Positions 8,421-17,427 of a DNA stretch of 64,000 nucleotides are shown here, piece after piece. The DNA lies in the NCBI GenBank assembly GCA_965222805.1, contig CBDCUX010000005.1, positions 444,723-508,722 on the forward strand, in the 5' to 3' direction. The stretch comes from Candidatus Poribacteria bacterium. GTDB lineage: Bacteria > Poribacteria > WGA-4E > PCPOR2b. A program made the translations under genes and the position numbers. The notes under the pieces are model-generated. The model made no database searches. It worked only from the letters and a program-made list of their open reading frames with translations, and was not told where the DNA came from. The stretch's first letter is position 1. Every line of letters begins with the position of its first letter.

Positions 8421-8461
8421 CCCCTGAAACCCCTAACCAATTGGGTCTCAGGGGTTTTTGT
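8421..8461 (+). terminator. Rho-independent terminator candidate
   Basis: The stem CCCCTGAAACCC (8421-8432) pairs with GGGTCTCAGGGG (8443-8454) with one mismatch, followed by TTTTTGTT. Confidence 0.6.
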
Positions 8462-10029
8462 TATTGCTAAATCCCTGAGAACTATAGTGTTAGATTTTAG
8501 TAGTAGAACTGAATGCATTCACTACCATCTCATCATAGTGCTACCGAACATGATTTAATAATAATGCGATAGATCGACTAATATACTGGTTATATAATCA
8601 GGAAGGTTGAAGAATCAATTCAATGGGCTTTGGACGCATATCGTGAGAACCGAAACAAAGCTGGCCTCTTTAAGACTGTTGACCAAAGCTGGTTAGGGGA
8701 GGATCGAGAGATTCTTCTACTTCACTTCTGTAGATATATCACCACGATATGCAAAGCTATAGAGGAATGCCATGGAAAAAGTAGACTAACAACAAGGGGA
8801 ACGTTGATCGAATGAGTGAAACGATGACAATTTTGGAGGTATCAATATGAATGAGCGGCAATTTGCGGGTGCCCGGTGGTGGAAATTTGATTTTCATACT
8901 CATACACCTGCCTCGGATGACTTCAAGGACAGAGATGAGACAACACCTGAATCTTGGCTGAAAGCGTTTATGGAAAAGGAAATTGATTGCGTAGCGATTA
9001 CCGATCATAACAGCGGCGGATGGATAGATAAGTTGAAACAGAAGTTAGCAGAATTAGAGGAAAGCAAACCCTCTTGGTATCGCCTCCTGTACCTGTTCCC
9101 GGGCGTGGAAATTTCAGCAAACGGCGGTGTGCATATATTAGCGATCTTTGGATGTGATAAGAATAAGGGCGATATTGATGGGTTGCTCGGCGCGGTTGGC
9201 TATTTAGGTACAAAGGGCGAGAGCGATGCTGTAACGAACGAAAACATTACCAAAGTCGTTGATGAAATTGCAAAACGGGAGGGCATCCCTATTCCCGCGC
9301 ATGTTGATAAAAAAAAGGGGTTATTTCAGCTTTCAGGACAAACACTGGAACAAGTGTTGGAGAATGAAAACATTTACGCGATGGAGTTGCGTGACAGCGA
9401 GTGCCAGAAGCCCCCATCGTACACGGAAAAAAAGGTGGAATGGACTGAAGTTAACGGTTCCGATACTCACAGTTTCAGCGATAGCACATTTGGCACGTTT
9501 ACCTGGATTAAGATGGATGAACCCTCCATAGATGGGTTGGAACTTGCGCTGATAGACGGTAGTGCTTCTGTAAATCGAGACATAAAGACCCAAAGCAGCG
9601 TGCAGAGTTCCTTATAGAAGCGATAGAAATTAGCGAAGCAAAGTACATTGGGCGCTCCGAGCCGTTGCATTGTCAGTTCAGTCCGTTTCTCAACACGATC
9701 ATTGGTGGGCGTGGCAGCGGCAAGTCCACACTACTGGAGTTTATGCGTCTAGCTTTGCGGCGTAATAAAGACATTCCGGAGATGCTAGAAAAGGAGAACC
9801 GTCAATACTTTAGTGTAGAGGAGGAGGACAGCTTACTGACTGAGGATAGCAAAATATCGCTGATCTATTGCAAAGGCCATGTACGCTATCGTTTGAGCTG
9901 GTCGCCCAAGGTAGATGATCTCTCTTTGGAGGAGAAAAAAGATGGTGATTGGAAACCTTGTCCAGGTGAAATCAAGTCGCTTTTTCCGGTACGCATTTAT
10001 AGCCAGAAACAGATCTTTGAATTCGCTAA

Positions 10030-10916
10030 GAACCTGTTTGAAAAAGAAAAAATCTGACTCAAGAGTTCATGTTTACGTCCAATCATTGGAGCAGTGAATA
10101 CCATTCCAATGAAAGGCATAAACATGACCCGAACAACCTATCCCACGGATTTGACCGATGCCCAGTGGGACAATCTGTTCCCCTATCTGCCAAAACCTTC
10201 ACCGGTAGGTAGACCGCTCAAATGGGAGATGCGCTCAATCATCAACGCTATTTTTTATATAGTCAAATCAGGGTGTCAATGGCGAATGCTCCCGCATCAG
10301 ATGCCCCCATGGCAAACGGTCTATTCCCATTTCAGAAAATGGAAAGCCGATGGCACATGGGTGATGATTCATCAAGCACTTCATCACCAAACCCGTTGTG
10401 ATATTGGCAAAGTGCCTTCACCGACAGTCGCTATTATTGACAGCCAATCGGTCAAAACGACTGAACTGGCAGACAGTCGAGGGTTTGATGCACATAAGAA
10501 GGTCAAAGGGCGTAAACGTCATATAGTCACCGATACAATTGGCATTCCATTGCGGGTGAAGGTCACTGATGCCAATGTCAGTGATAACCAAGTCGCAATA
10601 GAGTTACTCAAAGAGGTTTTTAATTGGCACATAACGATTCAGTTAGTCTGTGCGGATGCGGGTTATCGCGGAGAATTAGGTGACTGGTTATATATGGCGC
10701 ATCAGTGTCGATTGGACATTGCGCCATCTGTTAGGCAATCAGGATTTGTAGTTATCCCCTTGCGGTGGATTGTGGAGCGCACCTTTTCTTGGTTCGCTTG
10801 GTTTCGTCGATTGACTGTGGACTATGAACGCTCCGCTGAGACTGCTGAGGCTATGATATACATTGCTTCCATTTACTTGATGCAAAACCGTATCAAATGA
10901 CTTTTAAAACAGGCTC
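10030..10916 (+). mobile_element. IS5-family insertion sequence (887 bp) with imperfect terminal inverted repeats and a TAA target duplication
   Basis: The left IR GAACCTGTTTGAAAAAG (10030-) pairs with the reverse complement of the right IR CTTTTAAAACAGGCTC (-10916). TAA is at 10027-10029 and 10917-10919. It carries a single transposase ORF. Confidence 0.85.
10124..10900 (+). CDS. IS5-family transposase (DDE)
   Basis: MTRTTYPTDLTDAQWDNLFPYLPKP..GRPLKWEMRSIINAIFYIVKSGCQWRMLP....W.TVYSHFRKWKADGTW is the canonical IS5 (IS427/ISL2-like) N-terminus. DDE region: IIDSQSVKT, ADAGY, IVERTFSWF. The start could also be 10094 or 10109. Confidence 0.9.
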   Translation: MTRTTYPTDLTDAQWDNLFPYLPKPSPVGRPLKWEMRSIINAIFYIVKSGCQWRMLPHQMPPWQTVYSHFRKWKADGTWVMIHQALHHQTRCDIGKVPSPTVAIIDSQSVKTTELADSRGFDAHKKVKGRKRHIVTDTIGIPLRVKVTDANVSDNQVAIELLKEVFNWHITIQLVCADAGYRGELGDWLYMAHQCRLDIAPSVRQSGFVVIPLRWIVERTFSWFAWFRRLTVDYERSAETAEAMIYIASIYLMQNRIK

Positions 10917-12594
10917 TAAAGATCCACGCGCACTAATCGATATTATTGATGAAGCTGCTGAGGTTGAAGCGGAGACGATTGAAGCGCAGCGCAGGAGCTT
11001 GGTCAACCAATACAAACAAATTGAGAGTGAACAACGAGAGCTGAATGAGAAAATTACCCGGGAAAATCGGCTGCGCGGTGAGTACTATGATCTGACAAGG
11101 CAGATTGAGGAAATAGAAAAATCGGCGCATGAAGTTGTACTACAAAATTACCGTAAGCGGGAGCAACAGCTAAACGAGCTTGATAGCTTGGAGAGTGAAT
11201 GGGAAGATATGGGGCAGCGTCTTGCGGAAACGCGAAAAAGTATTGCCCCGGTACATTTCAATGAGCAGCTTTTTAGTGAGCACACCGATATTTTGTCGGT
11301 TTTAAGAGAAACAAACAAGAAATGGCTGGCTATCCGCGACAAATTAAGCGCATTGGAACGGGAGGCACAGTCGGTTACCACCGACTGGTACGCTGAAAAA
11401 AATGCGGCGGACTGGATGCAGACGCTCGAGACAGATATGGAGCAGTACGAGTCATTATCCACCAAACTTGAACAGCAAGGCATAGACCCAGGCAGATATC
11501 CCCAGCTATTAACGCAACAAAAGAGCATACAAAAGGAGTTGGATCTAATTAGCGAATATCAGTTACGCGAGAAGGAGTTAGAAGCCGAAAAACGAGCGGT
11601 CTTTAAGCAGATTAAAGAAAATAGGAAAGTGTTGTCGAAAAAGAGGCGAGAATTCTTGACCAATGTTTTACAAAACAATCAAGCTGTCAGCATTGAGGTC
11701 AAACCCTTTGGTGAAGATTGGGAGGGCATAGAGGAAGATATTCGAGGTATACTGCAATGCCCGGATCGTTTCGGCAGAGATATTGCAAGCTTAAAAGATA
11801 TTTATCAGGGGAATGGGGGCAATCAGATTGAAAAACTCAAAGAAACTGTTATACGTATTCGCAGTGGAGAGCAAGCTGCCACGGATGCCCGGTTTGTTCC
11901 CCATTTGGAATCGTTGCCGCAAGAATCTATGAGCGATCTCATTTTATGGTTTCCCGGGGATGATTTGAAAGTCACCTTTGGCCGCAAGCGTCGGCCGATA
12001 GAACAAGGTTCTCCTGGACAAAGAACTGCCGCGCTATTGGCGTTTATTTTATCTTACGGTGATGAGCCCCTATTGCTGGATCAGCCTGAGGACGACTTAG
12101 ATAACGAGTTAATCTACAACTTGATTGTCGAACGATTGAGAGAAACAAAAAGCAAGCGGCAGATTATCGTCGTCACGCACAATGCCAACATTGTGGTTAA
12201 TGGTGACGCGGAAATGGTTTTGCCGCTCAAGGTCGAGAGCGGTGAAACCAAGGTACGACAGGCTGCTAGTATTCAAGAAAAAAAGATTCGGCAAGCAATA
12301 TGCGACATTCTGGAAGGTGGACAACAGGCATTTGAACAGCGTTATAAACGTATTCATCTGGGGGATTAGTGATGTTTATAATGTGCCCCGAAATCTGTAC
12401 TACCGATTAAGTCAGAAATTCGTCGAATGAATACTGATACAGAACTGAAATCCGCGGACTTCATGATAACCTGCGACAATCCGCGATTCAGACAAGTGTC
12501 GAAAAAAATCGTCATTGTAGAAAAAGTCCTTGACAGAAAATTAACCTCGTGATTACATCACCAAACTTCCAAATTGGCACAGGAGGATAAAACC

Positions 12595-13008
12595 ATGAAT
12601 GGTACAGAAAAAGTCGTCAAACATTTGGAAATGACCCAAGCCGTTATTAACCGTTTGGGGAGTAATAGTTTCTTGGTCAAAAGCTGGAGCATGACCATCA
12701 TTGTCGCAGCGATGATTTTGATTACCAGACAGAACATACAAAACCCATATTTTGTCTTGGTGCTTATTCTTCCCGCCCTCGGGTTTTGGATTCTGGACAG
12801 ATATTTTCTCAGGCAAGAGCGGTTGTTTCGACAAATATACGACGAAATCAGAGTTCAATCCGATACCGATTTCGAGATGAATCCTACGAAGCACAAAAAT
12901 AAGCCCCAATGTAGCTGGTTCTCCGCTTTCTTTTCTCTCACCCTTGTTATCTTCTACATAGTAGAGATTGCCTTCATCATCGGCGTATTTGTCATCGTCA
13001 AGACGTAA
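12595..13008 (+). CDS. Small integral membrane protein (about 3 predicted TM helices), unknown family
   Basis: 137 aa from the ATG after RBS AGGAGGA. The N-terminal amphipathic helix TEKVVKHLEMTQAVINRLGSNSF is followed by hydrophobic segments WSMTIIVAAMILI, YFVLVLILPALGFWIL and FFSLTLVIFYIVEIAFIIGVFVIV. The antisense 170-aa ORF has no features. Confidence 0.6.
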   Translation: MNGTEKVVKHLEMTQAVINRLGSNSFLVKSWSMTIIVAAMILITRQNIQNPYFVLVLILPALGFWILDRYFLRQERLFRQIYDEIRVQSDTDFEMNPTKHKNKPQCSWFSAFFSLTLVIFYIVEIAFIIGVFVIVKT

Positions 13009-13063
13009 CTTTGCCCCGATAATCTTATGGCATAGATGCATAGTAATGTCTTTAAACACAATC

Positions 13064-13528
13064 ATGAATAAAAAAAAGACAATATATCTGGCAAACCCCT
13101 ACGGCTTCTCAGAGCAACAGCGAGAAACCCTATTACCCGCTCTCATTAAAGCATTGGAAGCAGTTGGCTTAGAAGTATGGGAGCCGTTTGAACGCAATAA
13201 TCAAGACAGATTATCCTCCGGCTGGGCGTATCGACTGGGACAAAAGGACAAGCAGGATGTATTCGACGCGGACGGGATTTTTGCTGTCGTGAACGGAGTA
13301 CCACCAGACGAAGGAGTCATGATTGAGCTAGGGATAGCGATAGCGCTAGGTAAGCCCACCTTCCTATTTCGGGACGACTTTCGACGTGCCGCCGATAGCG
13401 ATGAATACCCACTCAACCTGATGATTTTCACAGGCTTACCCCAACTCGAATGGGAACGTTACTACTACACATCGATCAATGACATCCCATCGCCCGATAA
13501 AGCACTGGTAGCTTGGGCTAAAGAATAA
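13064..13528 (+). CDS. Nucleoside 2-deoxyribosyltransferase family protein
   Basis: MNKKKTIYLANPYGFSE...ADGIFAVVNG.PPDEGVMIELGIAIALGKPTFLF is the classic NDT-fold pattern with the conserved Glu. The start could also be ATG 13046. Confidence 0.8.
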   Translation: MNKKKTIYLANPYGFSEQQRETLLPALIKALEAVGLEVWEPFERNNQDRLSSGWAYRLGQKDKQDVFDADGIFAVVNGVPPDEGVMIELGIAIALGKPTFLFRDDFRRAADSDEYPLNLMIFTGLPQLEWERYYYTSINDIPSPDKALVAWAKE

Positions 13529-13569
13529 AAGACGAAAAACGGACAGTCGATCCGATAACGCAGCCGATA

Positions 13570-16500
13570 TTAAAACTGAACCCCCGCAAAGAACCCCGGC
13601 CAAACGCGAACGGTCGTATCACCGCTTTGGTATACGTGCTCAAATCCATATCCAAAATCCGAGGTGTCCCGTTTATCCGAGACGAGGAAGTTGAGCGAAA
13701 GACCACCGAAGACGCTGAACCATTTGTGCCGCTCCCAGCCAAACCCAAGCCGCACTTTATTCAGGATGGTACGTTCATCAGACCACCAAGTGTCCTCCTC
13801 CGCCTCATCGGTATAAGTCACTCCGCGCGTAATAAAGTCAACGTTCAGAAAAAATTGTTGCCTGAGTGGAATATGTCCACCGATACCAAACCCAGACGAC
13901 CATCTGCCCAAATCGCCGTGTGGGTAACTGCCAACCATCAATAGACTATAAACGTGTCGGCTACCGAGGCGGACCCCAAGGTTTGCAGCCTCCGTATCGC
14001 TACCCCACAATTGCAGGTGCAGCGGGTTATCCTTAACAAAGCTGATTAATCCGAGCGGGACGCCGGACATCCGTCCGGAGACATTGAGAAGCCCAATCTG
14101 CGCCGTTCTCACATGCCCAGCGATATTAAGAAGTCCAATCTGTGTGTCAATATCACCATGCGCAATATTGACCGCACTAATCTGTGTGCTGGTGCCTCGG
14201 GTATCTGCCTCTTGGCCCCAACCAAGCGCGATATTAGTGGCTGCGCTGATTTGCGTCCCCTCCAAATTCCCGGCGATGTTGACCCCGGCTGCGATTTGTA
14301 GGCCCTGACTTAACACATTTCGCCCAACAAGATTTAGCCCGGAGCTAATCTGTAATCCCTGAAGGTTGCCACCTGCAAAATTACCCCCGCCAGCGGATTG
14401 AAAGCCCCGGACATTTCTACCGGTGGCGTTGAGTCCTGCCGCCATTTGGAAGCCGTTGAGGTCCCTGCCGCTGACGTTGAAACCACCCGAGGCTTGGAAA
14501 CCCTCCACATCTCTACCGACAGCGTTGAGTCCGCCTGAGATCTGAAGACCATCTACATCCCTACCAACGATATTGCCGACCCCGGCAAGTTGCGCACCCC
14601 GCGCTTCGATCCCCTTCATGTTCAAAATTCCACCCAATTCGATGCCATCCAACTTCGTATGATAGCCTGCAATGATGTTGATGGAAAGGTTCGTTGTAAT
14701 ATTGCGGTTAGGATCTTGAAACCCGGCGGTGCTTATCCACGGAATCAGTGAAATCGTCATAGGCAGATACAAATCGTTACCTTTTGCGGTTACCGGTGTA
14801 ACACCATCGCCCTTTTCTGACGGAGGAAACGGCACCAAGCCGGGGGTAGGTTGAGGCTGCGAAACATTGGTAACTTGGGGAGGTAGTCCTTCATTGTTGA
14901 TCACCGCGGGATCAATGCCTTGGTTGTTCAGGAGTGATATATATTTCCCGTTATAAAAAACACGAGGTGTAATCTGCTGCGGATAGTGTTGCTCTTCGGA
15001 CAGATAGGAATGCCACTCCTCAATGCCGCGTGTCACATAATCCAATAGTCCCAACACTGTGACAGTCCCATCGGCCCCCGCTGCGCCCCGGTCTTGGTGG
15101 TCACCGCGCAACCCTTTGAGCAAGAAGTAGGTAAACAACCCATGTTTGAGTCGCGGTACTTCAGGTGCCCACTGATTGCTGTCACACGCAGTGAAGATAA
15201 TATTGCTCTCTTCACTATAACGCGACAGCCCTGCAACAAAATATTCCTTCGGTGCTACGCGACACGCATCAACAATGACAAAGCGGTGTTTCGCGTTTGC
15301 GCTGTTGAGAACCGCAAACAGGTCTTCGAGGCTCAGCCCGTTGTCCACGAGTGGATCGGTGACATCCATCGGCAGAAAGTAGCCTGTTCCATCAACATCC
15401 TCTCCATGTCCGGAGAGATAAACAGTCAGCAGGTCTACCGCTTCAAGTTGGGCGTGTCGTTGGAGCTGCTCAATTACATTCGCCTTCGTCGGTTGAATGA
15501 GGCTATCGGGTGTCATCAACGTCACATTGACTCCTGCGTCTTGGAACACCTGCGCGACCGCTTTGGCATCATCGGCGGCATATTTGAGGGATTGGAAGGG
15601 GGACGGATAGGCATCCACGCCGATAACAATCGCCCAATGCCGGATGTTGACACCGCTCGCAGCACCAAGCTGGAAATTGCCACCCCCAGCGAGAGCTAGC
15701 GCCCGTCGACCCACCTCTATCATCTGCCCTTTTATCGTCGTGAGGGTTAATGTTTCGTCTTGCTGTGCCATCAAGTCGGTAGAGAAAAACACCTCATCGA
15801 AGCGATTCTCTGGACCCTCAAGGACAGGCTGCCACGCCAGATCCCACTGTCTATGATCGTTCTGAACGTGCTGAACAAGTTGTCGATACGTCAGTCCATC
15901 GGACCCTTGCCCCCCAATCGCCCCATTTGCAGGATTTTGCAACCGGGAAAACACCCGTCGATAGAGGGAATAGGTCATCGCGCTGATAGGTAGATAGGTT
16001 TTACCAATCGGGATGCGCAGTTCATGGACGACCTGGTTGTAGGCAGAAGCCGCTAACAGCAGTGCAAAGTCGGCGGATTCGTCTAAGATGTCCTCCGTAT
16101 GGCTCACGGTCTGGGTAGGTCGAACGACAACCGTTGGAGTATCCGTCGCCGGCGTGCCTTTGGGTCGCCCTAGACGAATCTCTCGGAGTATGTCGCCGGA
16201 GTAGCATGTGTCGATAATGCAGGAGACCTGTTGCGTCGGCAGCTCTTGGAGTAAAATGTTGAGCTCATCATCAAGGAGGTAGGTCCTCGGTGATGCCAGA
16301 TCTGCGTCCACAGGCAACAGCACTTCGTCGTTCCTGTCCGGGTAGCGTCCTTTCGCTTCATCCCCCGGAAAAGTTCCGAGTTTGTCAATAATCTGTGTCC
16401 CATGCCCACTAAAATAAAAAAGCAGGCTATCGGAAGGGGTCAGGCGTCGGCTGAGTTCCCGGAATCTACGCTGAATCTGCGCCTTGTTCGGATTGGTCAG

Positions 16501-16722
16501 GATATGCATCTGTTCCTGTGTGATACCCTGTGCCGAGAGAACCGCTTCCATCAGCTTCAAGTCGTTTGGCGGAGCCTCCAACTGCAAATTTGGATTTTCA
16601 TAGTCCCAAACTCCCACAAGGATGGCGTGTTGCTCGGCGTGGATAAGCTGCGAAAACATTAAGAAAAAGCTACAGACCAACAGTATCCATCGAACCGTTG
16701 ACCCCAACCTATTTTGAACCAT
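13570..16722 (-). CDS. Secreted tandem-caspase (two peptidase C14 domains) protein with a 16-aa G-x-Q repeat region and a C-terminal beta-barrel-like domain
   Basis: - Signal peptide MVQNRLGSTVRWILLVCSFFLMFSQLIHA.
- Domain 1: HAILVGVWDY...FYFSGHGTQ...CIIDTCYSG.
- Domain 2: WAIVIGVDAY...VYLSGHGED...FVIVDACR. The His/Cys dyads are intact in both domains.
- A Pro-rich linker, then about 10 repeats such as GLQISGGLNAVGRDVE.
- The protein ends ...VWPGFFAGVQF (C-terminal aromatic residue, OMP-like).
- ATG 16722 has a GGAG RBS and overlaps the upstream stop by 14 nt. Confidence 0.85.
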   Translation of the reverse strand: MVQNRLGSTVRWILLVCSFFLMFSQLIHAEQHAILVGVWDYENPNLQLEAPPNDLKLMEAVLSAQGITQEQMHILTNPNKAQIQRRFRELSRRLTPSDSLLFYFSGHGTQIIDKLGTFPGDEAKGRYPDRNDEVLLPVDADLASPRTYLLDDELNILLQELPTQQVSCIIDTCYSGDILREIRLGRPKGTPATDTPTVVVRPTQTVSHTEDILDESADFALLLAASAYNQVVHELRIPIGKTYLPISAMTYSLYRRVFSRLQNPANGAIGGQGSDGLTYRQLVQHVQNDHRQWDLAWQPVLEGPENRFDEVFFSTDLMAQQDETLTLTTIKGQMIEVGRRALALAGGGNFQLGAASGVNIRHWAIVIGVDAYPSPFQSLKYAADDAKAVAQVFQDAGVNVTLMTPDSLIQPTKANVIEQLQRHAQLEAVDLLTVYLSGHGEDVDGTGYFLPMDVTDPLVDNGLSLEDLFAVLNSANAKHRFVIVDACRVAPKEYFVAGLSRYSEESNIIFTACDSNQWAPEVPRLKHGLFTYFLLKGLRGDHQDRGAAGADGTVTVLGLLDYVTRGIEEWHSYLSEEQHYPQQITPRVFYNGKYISLLNNQGIDPAVINNEGLPPQVTNVSQPQPTPGLVPFPPSEKGDGVTPVTAKGNDLYLPMTISLIPWISTAGFQDPNRNITTNLSINIIAGYHTKLDGIELGGILNMKGIEARGAQLAGVGNIVGRDVDGLQISGGLNAVGRDVEGFQASGGFNVSGRDLNGFQMAAGLNATGRNVRGFQSAGGGNFAGGNLQGLQISSGLNLVGRNVLSQGLQIAAGVNIAGNLEGTQISAATNIALGWGQEADTRGTSTQISAVNIAHGDIDTQIGLLNIAGHVRTAQIGLLNVSGRMSGVPLGLISFVKDNPLHLQLWGSDTEAANLGVRLGSRHVYSLLMVGSYPHGDLGRWSSGFGIGGHIPLRQQFFLNVDFITRGVTYTDEAEEDTWWSDERTILNKVRLGFGWERHKWFSVFGGLSLNFLVSDKRDTSDFGYGFEHVYQSGDTTVRVWPGFFAGVQF
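14045..14660 (-). repeat. In-frame 48-nt periodic coding repeat (G-[LF]-Q-x-[AS]-G-G-x-N-x-x-G-R-[DN]-V-x)
   Basis: Consecutive 16-aa units are visible in the translation (GAQLAGVGNIVGRDVD, GLQISGGLNAVGRDVE, GFQASGGFNVSGRDLN, GFQMAAGLNATGRNVR ...). They resemble surface-repeat (LA_2272-like) proteins. Confidence 0.7.
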
Positions 16723-17380
16723 TCTGCGCTCCTTTTGTAAAATTTTCCAACAGATCTGAAAAACGTTGGCGTTCAAGCGATAACTTCTCTACCATCGCAT
16801 CGCGCTCGGCGACGGGCAGTTCCCCCAATTTGAGTCGAGATTGGTACAGTTCGACCAGTTTGGCGCACATCGCAAAGTCTTCGGGATGCATCTTCAAAAA
16901 CGTTTCGACCGTTTCAATTGAGGCGGTGAGTTGTCCTGCGTCCGTCGATTCGGGCACAATGAGAAATTCCAACATCCCCTCCGCTGAGAGAGGTGGGGTG
17001 ATGCGTCCTGTAGTTTCACTTCCCTTTTGAGCACCCCATTCTACCGACGGGGTGAGCGGCGAAAAAGTTGCCATAACGAAAAGCAACAGCCCCACCACAC
17101 CGATAGCAGACGGCGCCCATACCGGCACCGGCGTTTTCAATTTTTCGCGTATTTCCAACCAGAGGGAACGGTGCCGAATGGGCAGAAATGGCGGTGCCGT
17201 CGCCGAAATAGAATCAGTCCGAACAGCACCCCCAAAATTTTTTAGTGATTTCTCTGTCTCTTGCAAAATTCTATATTTCCGTTCACACTCTTCGCAGCCA
17301 AGGAGGTGTTCCCGAATCTGAGGGGACAACTCCTCACCAATGGAGCGGAGCAGCTTTTCTTGTACTCGATTACATTTCAT
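16709..17380 (-). CDS. Anti-sigma factor (zf-HC2 type), single-pass membrane protein
   Basis: MKCNRVQEKLL...IREHLLGCEECERKY is the zf-HC2 motif. The TM helix is VWAPSAIGVVGLLLFVMATF. RBS AAGGAGG precedes ATG 17380. Confidence 0.8.
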   Translation of the reverse strand: MKCNRVQEKLLRSIGEELSPQIREHLLGCEECERKYRILQETEKSLKNFGGAVRTDSISATAPPFLPIRHRSLWLEIREKLKTPVPVWAPSAIGVVGLLLFVMATFSPLTPSVEWGAQKGSETTGRITPPLSAEGMLEFLIVPESTDAGQLTASIETVETFLKMHPEDFAMCAKLVELYQSRLKLGELPVAERDAMVEKLSLERQRFSDLLENFTKGAQNGSK

Positions 17381-17427
17381 TTTTTTCAGCCTCCTTTTCA
17401 ACGATGAACTTCGCAACGAGCGAGGTG

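Larger units (their letters stand above)
8847..12369 (+). pseudogene. PHP-domain + SMC/RecF-like ABC ATPase (Ppl / TrlF-like single-gene defence candidate), disrupted by one frameshift and one IS insertion
   Basis: - N-terminus: PHP motif WWKFDFHTHTPASDD...AITDHNS...AHVD.
- Frame change near 9570-9590.
- Walker A IIGGRGSGKSTLLEF, then an IS at 10030-10916.
- A long coiled-coil follows, then signature-like GSPGQRTAALLAF, Walker B LLLDQPEDDLD and VVTHNANIV.
- Removing the IS and one TAA copy restores ...QKQIFEFAK-DPRALIDIIDEA... in frame. Confidence 0.8.

Noticed and set aside
8630-8815. A 61-aa TTG-start ORF lies just upstream of the PHP-ATPase gene and could be a small partner protein.
   Set aside because: It has no RBS, no ATG/GTG start and no recognisable fold signature. 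It cannot be excluded as a real small gene, but the sequence alone does not support it.
12530-12558. A possible promoter (TTGACA-17-TTACAT) lies ahead of the membrane protein/NDT pair.
   Set aside because: The -35 box is perfect, but the -10 box matches the consensus at only 3 of 6 positions. That is too weak to list as a feature.
12553-13065. A 170-aa minus-strand ORF lies opposite the small membrane protein gene.
   Set aside because: It has no RBS and no recognisable motif. The plus-strand ORF has a strong RBS and clean TM helices and is followed by a co-oriented gene. I treated the minus-strand ORF as an antisense shadow.
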